The position numbers and the translations under genes are program-made. DNA of 64,000 nucleotides from Felis catus (Eukaryota). The notes below the pieces were generated by a model that made no database searches, was not told the origin of the DNA, and saw only the letters and a list, made by a program, of their open reading frames with translations. Location: NCBI RefSeq assembly GCF_018350175.1, contig NC_058368.1, positions 134,170,001 through 134,234,000 of the forward strand, read 5' to 3'. Positions 38,395-50,249 of the stretch are shown in pieces. Every line of letters starts with the position of its first letter. Positions within the stretch are counted from its first letter, which is position 1.

Positions 38395-39786
38395 AATGGA
38401 ATAGAATAGAAACCCCAGAATTAGACCCACAAAAGCATGACCAACTATTCTTTGACAAAGCAGGAAAGAATATCCAATGGAAAAAAGACAGTCTCTTTAA
38501 CAAATGGTGCTGGGAGAACTGGACAGCAACATGCAGAAGGTTGAAACTAGACCACTTTCTCACACCATTCACAAAAATAAACTCAAAATGGATAAAGGAC
38601 CTGAATGTGAGACAGGAAACCATCAAAACCCTAGAGGAGAAAGCAGGGAAAAAACCTCTCTGACCTCAGCCACAGCCAGTTCTTACTTGACACATCTCCA
38701 AAGGCAAGAGAATTAAAAGCAAAAATGAACTATTAGGACCTCATGAAGATAAAAAGCTTCTGCACAGCAAAGGAAACAATCAACAAAACTAAAAGGCAAC
38801 AAACAGAATGGGAAAAGGTATTTGCAAATGACATATCGGACAAAGGGCTAGTATCCAAAATCTATAAAGAACTCAACAAACTCCACACCCGAAAAACAAA
38901 TAATCCAGTGAAGAAATGGGCAGAAGACATGAATAGACACTTCTCTCAAGAAGACATCCAGATGGCCAACAGGCACATGAAAAGATGTTCAACGTCGCTC
39001 CTCATCAGGGAAATACAAACCAAAACCACCCTCAGATACCACATCATGCCAGTCAGAGTGGCTAAAATGAACAAATCAGGAGACTATAGATGCTGGCGAG
39101 GATGTGGAGAAACGGGAACCCTCTTGCACTGTTGGTGGGAATGCAAACTGGTGCAGCTGCTCTGGAAAACAGTGTGGAGGTTCCTCAAAAAATTAAAAAC
39201 AGGTCTACCCTATGACCCAGCAATAGCACTGCTAGGAATTTACCCAAGGGATACAGGAGTGCTGACGCATAGGGGCACTTGTACCCCAATGTTTATAGCA
39301 GCACTCTCTTGTACCCCAATGTTTATAACAGCACTCTCAACAATAGCCAAATTATGGAAAGAGCCTAAATGTCCATCAACTGATGAATGGATAAAGAAAT
39401 TGTGGTTTATATACACAGTGGACTACTATGTGGCAATGAGAAAGAATGAAATATGGCCTTTTGTAGCAACGTGGATAGAACTGGAGAGTGTTATGCTAAG
39501 TGAAATAAGTCATAGAGAGAAAGACAGATACCCTATGTTTTCACTCTTATGTGGATCCTGAGAATCTTAACAGAAGACCATGGGGGAGGGGAAGAAAAAA
39601 AAAAAAACGTTAGAGAGGGAGGGAGCCAAAGCATAAGAGACTCTTAAAAACTGAGAACAAACTGAGGGTTGATGGGGGGGTGGGAGGGAGGGGAGGGTGG
39701 GTGATGGGTATTGAGAAGGGCACCTGTTGGAATGAGCACTGGGTGTTGTATGGAAACTAATTTGACAATAAATTTCATATTTAAAA
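38395..39786 (+). mobile_element. Young 5'-truncated felid L1 (ORF2 C-terminus, 3' UTR, A tail)
   Basis: Perfect 17-bp TSD AAAAAGCAGATGGTCTT at 38378-38394 and 39787-39803, at a TT/AAAA endonuclease site. G-rich 3' UTR and AATAAA. Confidence 0.98.
38743..39561 (+). pseudogene. Open remnant of the L1 ORF2p C-terminal domain (272 aa), no EN/RT core
   Basis: [22 protein letters not shown] and the CCHC motif [18 protein letters not shown]. The upstream part has an in-frame TAG (AACTATTAGGAC) and a frameshift. Confidence 0.92.
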
Positions 39787-40278
39787 AAAAAGCAGATGGT
39801 CTTTAGAGCAGGGCTTTAATAAAAACCTCTGTGTCGAGTTGGATCAGAAATGTTTCTGCAAACTTCCACGAAGTAAAAGAATATGCCAGTCTATCCTAAT
39901 AATTAATTAAATTCTACTTGATAAGGTTTCAGTACCTCTGAGGCCACACATTCTCATCATATTTCTTGTAGTTGGCACCTGGGAAAAGCTGTTCCAGTTT
40001 ATACAGGAAAATGCCCAGGCCTTTCTTTTCCAAGATCAATGTTTGGTAGATGGGATGACACCACCGTAGATGCCTTTTTTCACTGTGCCACCCTGGACTG
40101 CAGAGAGAAGCTCTCCATGGCTCTTCTCAACATGTGCTGAGGGAAAGTGTTAGGTAAGGCTGAGTTGGCTCCCCTCAGGGAGTCTTCTGTGGAACCATTA
40201 GTTAAGAAGAATGGCAAAGCTTGAATCTCTTCTTTGAAGCCAAGGAAACCAGGAGGTCATCAGTTGCTGATCTTGGAA

Positions 40279-40453
40279 CACTGGCTTTCAAACTTAAGCA
40301 CGGACAGTGATGGCTGGGGTGTATATTAAAAATGCCTCAAAGGAAATTTCTGTTTAGTGAGGCCTGGGATGGTACCTACTCCATTCTCACTAAGTTGCCT
40401 CAGGAATTCTGGTGCAGATGTTCTTTTCCATAGTCTGCATTTGGAGAAATGTG
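40279..40453. mobile_element. MER5-like hAT-Charlie DNA transposon relic
   Basis: Degenerate termini CACTGGCTTTCAAAC ... TTTGGAGAAATGTG, internal CCTCAGGAATTCTGGTGCA, ~175 bp. Confidence 0.55.
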
Positions 40454-40542
40454 CCGAAAGATTGTGTGCCTTGCCATCTTCATTTTGGTGGTAATGGAAA
40501 CTGAACCCAGAAGCGGTGATAAATGCCATGTAAAAAATCCCA

Positions 40543-40633
40543 GTCTACGGTCATACCACCCTGAACGCGCCCAATCTCGTCTGATCTCGGAGACTAAGCA
40601 GGGTTGGGCCTGGTTAGTTCTTAGATGGGAAAC
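40543..40633 (+). pseudogene. 3'-truncated 5S rRNA retropseudogene (nt 1 to ~88-91)
   Basis: GTCTACGGTCATACCACCCTGAACGCGCCCAATCTCGTCTGATCTCGG...GGGCCTGGTTAGTTCTTAGATGGGA, ~7 differences from the mammalian 5S sequence as recalled. Flanked by AAA(A/C)AATCCCAGT. Confidence 0.95.
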
Positions 40634-43600
40634 AATCCCAGTGTCTAGAATTTATCTTCTGACTTCCAAATTAGAAGCTAGTATTGAAACGACAACCAAG
40701 AACCTTGGTTTTTTAAAGAAAAGGAAAAATGCATGATTATGGGCATAGGAAAATTTTCTCTTAAACCAAAAAAAACAAATTGGCTGGAAATTGTGAAACC
40801 TTGGACTGGCATGTCCAAACATCAAACAGGAAAAGCTGCCCATGTGGAAAGAATGCACAGGCAACATGGCACTGGGAACCACAGAGATCCAAGGACAAGG
40901 TCTCAGCACACAAATGATAAACTATGTTTACACAGTTTCCCAGGAGCTCAGACCACTTGGTAGACTATTTTTTTTTTCTTTATTGTGAATAATCCTAACA
41001 CTGAACTCATTATTATTGATTCTCTCTTGCCGCCATGGAGACTAAAATACAAAGAGAAGTGACTGGTTCATGGTAATGAGGATGACAGTGCATAAAGCTA
41101 AGTGGATGGTAACTGCCCTAACCTCTCTTCAGATGGATGCCAGCCCATAATTAGATGAGCCCAATGCTGCTTTATGGCTCCATTTGGCATCAGAGAATAC
41201 CTTTTCAACATGATTTGAGGATACACCTTGCCAATATAGTCTTGAGCATAACGTTTTAAGCATTATTTAGGTATAATGTTTTAAGGCATTGCTTACGGTA
41301 CCGTTTTAAGGACAGCTGTGAAACTGAATACCTAAGCAGATTGGCTCTGCCTTAGAAAAACAGTGCTCAAGGCTGGGGTTCGTGAAAGTAGAATCAAGGA
41401 GGAGAAGAAGTTTCATATACTTATTAACTCTGCCCAGCGCTGCCCGTGTTTGAAGTTCAGGATGGTGCTTAAAATAACTACCTGTAGGACCACAGAAAAA
41501 TGATTGGGACCCTTGGTCTCAGTATAGAAAATGTTTCCTTATTTTGTGGGTTAATTCTTAGGTTTAAATTGGGCACCACAGTATGAGGCTTACTTTCTGC
41601 TTTTGTTTTTGGTAGCTGGGAACAAAGAAAATTACTGTATAGGGCTGACACAGTCAGTAGATTGGAGTACCTGAAAATAACTTTTTAAATAAGTTGCATG
41701 CTTTGCCAATGTGAGTTATAAATTTCTTGGATTTGCTTACTTTTCTATAATCTTAAAATAAATTTCCAGAACTATGCATTTATTTATTCTGTGTTGAGAA
41801 CCTGTTATATGCCACCCAAACAGTGGTGATATTACTCAAAGTGAATAACCTGTTTCCATGTCTTATACAAAGTATTATATCGTATGTTAACCTTTTCTAG
41901 TTATAGGCTATTAATTATTGCTTTGTTTTGTAACTGTTAAGGACATGGTCTCATTGGAAGGATTGGCTTAACCACTATGAAGAATTAAAGCCAAATAGTG
42001 ATTGTTTGGTGAACTAAGAAAGTGAACAAAATTTGTCCAAATATTTTCTTGCTCTAAGAAATGGATCTTTTTTATTTTACAATAAACATATTATTTAGCC
42101 ATGTGTTTTTATAGTCCTGGTATTTAATATTGGACTCAATTATCTTACTAAGTGCAACTTCTCTGCATAATTTTATTGCTTTCTCATAAGCCATAAGGAT
42201 TTTTATTTTGCTAAAGGAAAGAATAAAAGGAAGAATGATTTATGACTCCTATTTATCTTAAAAATGGAAAGAATTAATGCCAGATTTCCTTCTGTTTCCA
42301 GCTTTAATTTTTCATTGTAGTGTCCCAGGGGGAAATTTGTGCAGCAGTAATTTCGTATTATAAAAAGTACAATTTAAAAATGTATGTAGAGTATTTGCTT
42401 CGTGAGAACAACTTCCTGTTCTTTCTTAATCCCACCAAGTTGTTTGGTAGTTTAGATAATAATTCAATTTGGAAATGGAGAAACTCAGGCTTAGAGACAT
42501 ATTGAATGGCATCCTCAAGCTAGTACATCCAGTTTGCGACCCAGATGTGACCAGAATAGGTGGTGATTTTTCCACCAACTCACATAACCATCTGATAGGT
42601 AAAATACAGAATATTCACAATGCCTAAATGTTCTCTTAATTATATACTGGTGCACAATCTTTGTAAGGCCTTTGCTAGTCATACCACTTGGAGACAATAC
42701 TTCCAGTAGACCATGAGTATTTGTATGCATCTGTAATTAGTCATAAAATATTACTTTTTGTGATTACATTGGAAAGAATGGAGCACATTCTTTTATTGCT
42801 ATCCTGAATGTCTATTTGCAGATTTGTTGCCTGGAACGTATTTACTTGTTCTTTGCAACATCTGCTAAGCCTGTTGATGGCTTATTAAAATAGCAGATCT
42901 AAGTTTAAAATGATATCATTGGATATCACGCTTGGGTTCATCAGACATGTTTAATATGGGTAAAGGTTATGTGTGAAACATGTAATACTCCCTGCCTTTA
43001 GGGGTTGGATTCTGCTCATTTCAGTAACAGAGTTGTTCTGATAATAGCTATTGAGTATTTGGGGAGGAATGCCCCTTGACCTCTACCCCATACAAATTAA
43101 TAATGATATGATTAACTGTTTGCATTATTGATGTCTCATAAAGCAGGTGGATATGTAAGACAAATTAGTGAAGTGGCGGCTACCAAGCATCCATAATTCC
43201 TCACCTTGAGCAGCTTTTGCACTAGGTCTTGATACTTTTTTCATTTTGGAGGCAGCTGGAAGACTTGGAAGTTTCCTTCCTGTCTATCCTGTTTCCAGCC
43301 TCTATCAATCCTATCACTTTTTCAGTGTTCAGTTCAAGCCTCTCCTCTAAACAAATGCCCCTGTGGTTTTTTTTTTTTTTTCCCCAGTCCATTTCTCCTT
43401 CTCATTCTGGTCTCCTAAAGCATTCGTAGTCAGTATCTCACTCTTTTTATACTTGAACGTATACTTCCTTGTTATGTAATGTTTACAAAGTCATCATGCA
43501 CATGGTTGGATCCAGAGGATGTCGTAGGCAAATGTACACAGTCTATAAAAAGCCTTTTATTTGAAGGGAGCATATAGTTACCAGCTCATCTTCACGTTCT

Positions 43601-43719
43601 CTGTTTTCTTGCACCCTCACACATAATTGTTCCAATGTCTCTCTCCTCAGTGGCCTTTCCATTACATATCCACACACAGAAATAATCATCTAGGGTAAAT
43701 GTGCTTCTGGGCCTGGCAG

Positions 43720-45140
43720 AGCAACTAGTAAAGGGCTTTTTCTTCTATAAGTAGGAACCTGGATAAAAAATACAAAGCAAGTGGTTTCAGACATCAGACA
43801 GTAGGCAGATAGGATTGTGTCTCATGAGAGAAGAGAACCATACAAGATGGCCGTATGACCTACCCAGCTTTCTGCCTGTAGGTCTTCAATGGGCCCTGGC
43901 CCAAAGGCAGAAAATTCAAGTAGAGAATCCAGTGGTTTCAACGAATTGAGGTGACAGAGATCAGAGTTCATGGAAATGGAGGCAGCTGGACTTGATGGGG
44001 CAGAGTGTCTGAAACTTGTCAGAAAAAGGGTTCCAAATTCCTTCTTGGGGCTGGAGGGTATGAAGGATGGGAAGGGGCTATCTTTTGAGTTTTAAAGTGA
44101 AAACTAAACTGTCTGTGTACAGGGTAAGACTCCAGGAGGACAGGGATGACCAAAGAGTTATAAGCCAAACAATTCTAAGAGGTCATATTGGGCTAGGTGA
44201 TCCCCTGGTTTTAACCAGGCAGAATGGAGAGACTTGACACATATCATTTAGTAGAGAGTCCTAAAAGGTTAAAACTTTATAAGGATGGCCAAATTAGATC
44301 TTCCCTAACAAAGCTTAGAAACAAACCTTTAAAAGATCAAGTTGATCCTTTTAAATGCCTGACAAACTGAAAGGCAGCATCCTTTAAAGGAAGACAGCAT
44401 AATTCATAAGCTCAGCAACATAGAATTCATAATGCAGCATCTAATCCAAAATCATTAGAGATTGGAAGATGCACAAACATGTAACCAGAAACCCAGAGAA
44501 AATTCAGGCATAATAAATATACCCAGAAATGACAGGACAGAATTAGCAGATGAAATCTTTAAGAGATTTTTAAAGACTCTTTTAAATATTTGATGATTTA
44601 AAGTAAATATGATATGGAGAAAAATGGAAAATATATAAAAAAGAACTATGTGGAACTTCCAGAGGTGAAAAATTAAATACATGAATTGAAAAACTCACAG
44701 GATAGGCTTACTATATCAGACACTAAAGAAAAAAAAAAGATCAATGAAATTTAAGGAAAAATGACAAATACCATCCAGAATGAAGTACTTGTATCTAGAA
44801 TATAGATAACTCTATAGAAAAGAATATTTATAGAGTATAAATAACTCCAATAATGCAATAGTAAGTTAAGCAAATATATTAAAAATGGGCAAAAATTTGA
44901 AAAGAAATTTTACAAAAGAAGATCTATAAATGGCCAATTAGACATGAAAAGATACTGTTTTTAGTCATCAGAAAAATATAAATCAAACCACCATGAGATA
45001 CCACTGTTTATCACCAGAGTGGCTAGAAACCAAACTGACAATACCAAGTGTGTCCCTCATTCATTGCTGCTGGTACTAAAATGTAGAACCACCGCTTTGG
45101 AAAACAGTCTGGCAGTTTCTGAAAAAGCTAAATCACCTTA
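43720..45140 (+). mobile_element. Old L1M: 5'/ORF1 region joined near 44790 to an ORF2 3' fragment
   Basis: ORF1-like region similar to 250-600, then CTTGTATCTAGAATATA, AAAATGGGCAAAAATTTGAA, ACCACCATGAGATACCAC, CTTTGGAAAACAGTCTGGCAGTTTCT. Confidence 0.7.
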
Positions 45141-45290
45141 CAAGGTGATTGAGAGAAATGGATTTTAAACCTTTGGAAACAGCTGTTGGAACATTGAGGA
45201 GAGAATATTCCTCCAGCCTTTGCCACTGTGTGTCCCTCGCCTTGTTGAATGCTTACTCTTTCATTTATTTTTCATGCTCTTGCAAAAGTC

Positions 45291-45620
45291 TGATAAAAGA
45301 CAAACTGAAGCATATTAAACATTTTAAGAGTTTATTTAAGTAAATTTCTTCAAACTGGGTAGCTCCAAGCTGCAAGTTGTTAGAAGCACTGAGGGTGGGA
45401 ACTGGGAGGGAGTTTCATTAGGGAAAGAGGCAGAAATGAGTAAGGGAGCTGGTGATTGGCTGTAGCTTAAAGCCTAGATGGCTGCCTGTGATTGGTTGTC
45501 CTCAGGTTTTGAATTCATAAACTTGAGGCATTACAGGCTTGGATTTTGTGTTGCTCCTGTAGGCTGTCTGGGCATTAAAGCCACCTCAGCCTATTGGCCT
45601 CTTGTTCGATTAATTTAACA
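45291..45620 (-). mobile_element. Probable solo ERV1-class LTR (330 bp)
   Basis: TG...CA termini (TGATAAA / TTTAACA are imperfectly inverted), 4-bp TSD AGTC/AGCC, two GATTGG (CCAAT on the minus strand), and TTTATT near the left end. Confidence 0.75.
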
Positions 45621-46094
45621 AGCCCATGCACTTAGGTGATTAAACAGGAGCTTCTTAGATTCAAGGGGTGGAGAAGACACAGAGTAGACCAAGCGTGAAT
45701 CGTGTCTAGCTGTCAGAGGTAAGCAGTATGCCATGAAAACTCACATTCCTCCTTATCACTGTGTCATAGTTGCCATGTTTGTGTTGATGACTCAGGTTAT
45801 GAATTAGACACGCTTTTCTTTCAAGGATTATTCAGCCTTTATAAGAGGGAAAAGTCCTGTGGAAAGTAGCATTATAACAGAAGTACCGAGTGCTATGTGA
45901 GTTCATATGTATTTCTGACATAAATTTTGAAACTTGATCATGTTCACTGTCAGCCTTAATTCCCCAAGTTTTAAATGAGAAGGCAAGGACAACATCCTGA
46001 ATGTCTACTGTATTAATGTAAGCATGCCCCCCCATCCCCCTCCCCCAATGTTGAGATCACAGATAGTGCTCCATACACTTAGATGATTGCTTCG

Positions 46095-46600
46095 TGAGTT
46101 TGTTAGTATTAGACTTGGCAGAATCCTGGAACAGAAAATCCAAATAATTGACATAAAAAAGATACAGGTTTCCTTTTCTTCTTTCTCCTATGAGCAGGAA
46201 GATCTCCAGGGCTGCCAAATCAGGATCAGACTTATCAGGGACCCAGGATCCTCTTCTTTCTGCTTTCTTCACACCTCTCATTCACCTGCAGAATGGTCAA
46301 GAATGACGGCTAGAGTACTGCTGTCCATCCTGTTCATATTCTAGTCAGAAGCACAGCGATGTGTAGTGGTGGAGAGGATTGCACATGAGCCCCTCCTGGA
46401 GAATCAGATACCTTTAAAGAGCTTTCCCAGAAGCCCCGCCCAATTAATTCCACTTAAATCTCACTAGACACTAGTCATTACTAGTTGCAGGAAGAGTAGG
46501 AGATACACTTCTGGATGGGCATACTGCCTCCCTGAAAGCAGTCAGATTCTGTAAGTAAGGAAGAGGGGGAAATGCAAATTGGGTGATTAAACAGCCATGA
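46095..46600. mobile_element. Old MaLR LTR (MLT1J/K/L-like)
   Basis: ATCAGGGACCCAGG, CTTTCCCAGAAGCCCC...TTCCACTTAAATCTCACT, GATTCTGTAAGTAAGGAAGAGGGGGAAATG...ATTGGG motifs. Confidence 0.7.
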
Positions 46601-46820
46601 TCCATTTCTTGGCGATCTCAGGCTTGTGAAAGCTGATATGGCTGTTGCCAACTAGGTGATTATGTTTTTCCTTTTTTTTTTTTTTTCTCTAGTCCATGTG
46701 AGGGAAACTGTCAATTCATCCATTAGGCACAAAAATCCCTTGAACCCCTAAACTGGCCGTATCAAAGAAAGACCCTGTTCAGTAAGGCTGATGAATAAAT
46801 ATGTTTCCTAAGAATTTGCC

Positions 46821-47027
46821 TTTTTTTTTAAAGTTTATTTGTTTTTTGAGACAGAGAGCGCACACAGGCAGGGAAGGGGAGGGAAAGGGAGAGAGAGAAG
46901 CCCAGACAGGCTCCGCACTGTCAGCACAGAGCCCGACACTGGGCTTGAACCCACAAACCATGAGATCATGACCACAGACAAAACTTAAGAGTTGGGCACT
47001 CAACTGACTGAGCCACCCAGACACTCC
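46821..47027 (-). mobile_element. Older CanSINE
   Basis: TSD AAGAATTTG at 46810-46818 and 47028-47036. Confidence 0.92.
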
Positions 47028-48788
47028 AAGAATTTGTATTTTTATAAAATTCTTACAAATTTGGTAATCCTCTGATCATTTTTTTGGTTATAGCAACTGA
47101 TCCCCATTCCACCACAAAATATTCATAGCTGCCTGTGCTAGTTATTAAGCTTCCATTTGTGCTTCTCTCCTGTAGTGTTGAGATCTATGTTTGGCACACA
47201 GCAGAAATAGCTTTCATGAAGTGAAAGAAACATAGAGAGGCAGAGTAGCCTCTGTAATAAAGAGATGGCATGTGGGCTATTATGGGTGAGGCAAAGGTAA
47301 ACTGATTACAAATCATCCTTCAGGATCTTTATGCCAATTGGTTAATGTTGAAGGGGAAAGTTAGAGTTCTTTAAAGTACCTGACACAAGTGTCTGTGAGT
47401 CACATGAGCCACGCTGGGCCTCTTCCCAGAAGTCGGAACAGGCTTATTCCCCTACAAATAAAAATAGACAAATGCTGTTTGTTTTAATTTAGAAGTCATT
47501 TCACTAGTTCCCACTGGCTAGAGATAATAATTAATATTAGCTGCCAAGGTCTCAGCAAAACTGAGGAAATTGAATTATTACTTTATTCATCTCTCAAATA
47601 AGATGATGGGATATTTTTCTAAATCCTTTTGATCTGCAGCAGGAGGAATGTTCCATTTGAAAGCACTGCTATTATCAACAATAAAGGAAAGGACAGTAAA
47701 TGGCATCCAGACATCAGCTCTGTGGCAGGTGCTGTATGCTGGATGAAGTTTAAGTATGGTTTCTGCCCTGTGGTCCAGATCAATTTTGTAGTCATTATTC
47801 TGTTTCATATAGTTTCAGGACTAAATGGCCAATTGTATAGTTAGGTTCTTGCCAGTGCATTTGTCTATAGAAGCAGCATCCATTTTGTGATGAGTCATAA
47901 GTACAAAATTGAACAGGAAGAGGAAAAATAAATGAATCATAAAGCCTGTTAGAAGTCCTTGAAAAGCCAGCCCAAGTGCTAGTAAATGCTAAAGGGGAAC
48001 ATATTTACTGTAGTTGAGATAGCTTAAATGGATTAAATTGGTAGCTAATTGGGCAAGGTATGTGGGAAAATTGAATGAGTGTAATGGGTAAATAGCATAG
48101 TACAAATGGACAAGTTTCTCGTGTCTAAACTGGGTACAGCCAAGGCTAGTGCACACATCACCCGAATGAAGAGGCTGTAGTTTGCTGGGCCAGAATGTTT
48201 CTGTGTGCCACACACATGTGATTTGAAGCATCTTTAACTTAGTGTTGGTTTCTAGAAGGAATGCTTTAATCAGGCAGAGAAATGGGGTACAGTGCAAGAT
48301 GGGGTTCAGTTTGTGATGAAAGGGCTCAAAGACCACAGCTTCATCTTTTTATCCCAGAGGAAAGGTGCTGAAGAAGGTGGGGTCTGTGTACATACCCTTA
48401 GCCCTGTGGAATGCCGCTCATGATGAACATCCTCCCTGGCATCACTGGGTAGAATTGTTATACTGCTTTTTCATGGTGGTTTGTTCTTGCATTCTTTCCT
48501 TCTTTCATTCACTCAACAATTATTCAATAGTTGATTTCTACACACATAATACTGGAAAATAGATCATATTTTTTAAAAGTCATAGTTACTGTATGAAGTG
48601 TAAAGACATTGAATTTGGGAGGATAAAATATAAAGAGCATTTGTTATGTACGCCCTTCAAAGACATTGGGATGATAAATAGTAGTTTTGGGGGAGTATGA
48701 GTTATTTGAATCTTTTTCCTAGGAGATTGTAAAATGTCCTTTGAGGAATTAAAGTATAGGACCTTAAGATTAAGAATTGCAGCCTTCA

Positions 48789-49000
48789 GGGGGCACCTGG
48801 ATGGCTCAGTCAGTTGAGCGTCCGATTTCGGCTCAGGTCATGATCTCATGGCCTGTGAGTTCGAGCCCTGAATCGGGCTCTGTGCTGACAGCTCAGAGGC
48901 TGGAGCCTGCTTTGGATTCTGTGTCTCCCTCTCTCTCTGCCCCTCCCCTGCTCATGCTCTGTCTCTCTCTCTGCCAAAAATAAATAAACATTAAAAAAAA
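48789..49000 (+). mobile_element. CanSINE (SINEC_Fc2-like)
   Basis: TSD AAGAATT(G/C)CAGCCTTCA at 48772-48788 and 49001-49017. Confidence 0.96.
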
Positions 49001-50055
49001 AAGAATTCCAGCCTTCAACCTTCCTTTTTTGTGGTTCATAAATACCCATTAATTTTTTTTTCAATTATGTGGCTGACCAAGAAATGACATCGCTGCATAT
49101 TCTTTATAGTTTAGCACTAGTGGACTTTTCTCATTTTGCAAGTTTTTTTTTTATATCCAGTGGGACTGACTTGAGTGAATTTTCTGATTGAATATTTGAT
49201 ATATGCATTTGAATTTAATACAGTGCACTTAGCAATAACAGCATCCCAGAAATGATTTAATCTTATTTGAATCTATAGATACTTCAGAAATTTCTAAATT
49301 GAAACACAAAACAAAAACCACTAAGATAAATCCAGAAATTATTGTGCAGGACCACATATATGGAAGTTATGGGATGGAGAGTTGAGCCCATAGGAAGCCT
49401 AGGGCATATTCATAGGAATTCTTTTGATATAAATCTCCCATAGTGGCTTATCACTTACATCTCTTTTCCATAGAAGTAGAATATATACAAAAGAAAGGGA
49501 TATAAGAGGCAAAAATCAGATGAAAGATAATGGTGATGTTGAGATGTTAGAAACATCTAGAAAAACTGAGCTGGGATTGTGTATACATAAGCTTTTATGA
49601 AGACTTGAGAACAAGGGAACTTCCTGTTTCTTTTGTTTAAACATACTGCTTTGCTACCATGGCAACCTTCCCCCTAACTCTTGCCTTCAAAAATATTATC
49701 ATGGTCTGTAAAATGGCATCTTCTCTCTTCTTCCAGTCTTCTTGATAATGGTGATAGTAACAGTCCTGTCTTGTGTTATCTATGGTATAGCCAATATGGC
49801 ACTTGGGCCAAGGACTGCCCAAGAAGAGACTGAGGCAATACCCGAAACCAATCTTTTGCATAGTAGTTGCACTTGTGGCAGCTGCTAACTGCGAGGGAAT
49901 GGTGCTTGGAGAATTCACCCACTCTGTGAGTTGGAGCTGTTGCCTCCATCTTTAATTGTAGATTTAAAACTTAGATTTTTAAATAATAGGGGCACAGTGT
50001 AAATTCCAGGGATGGCTGAAACAATTTCTGAAATTGCAATGCCAAATGTAGAGGG

Positions 50056-50234
50056 TTTTTTTTTTAAGTTTATTTATTTGTTTTGAGAGGGGGGGGTGGC
50101 AGAGAGAATCCCAAGCAGACTCTGAGCTGTCAACACAGAGCTCGACATGGGGCTTGAACTCACAGACTGTGAGATTGTGACCTGAGCCAAAATCAAGAGT
50201 CAGAAGCTTAACTGACTAAACCACCAGGCACTCT
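50056..50234 (-). mobile_element. Older CanSINE
   Basis: TSD CCAAATGTAG at 50042-50051 and 50235-50244. Confidence 0.9.
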
Positions 50235-50249
50235 CCAAATGTAGTTTTA

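Noticed and set aside
38743..39561. 272-aa ORF as a functional or domesticated gene
   Set aside because: It is the C-terminus of L1 ORF2 in a young 5'-truncated copy with an upstream stop and frameshift. Its openness reflects youth.
40543..40633. Functional 5S rRNA gene
   Set aside because: Lacks the last ~30 nt and the terminator, has several substitutions, is solitary and is TSD-flanked.
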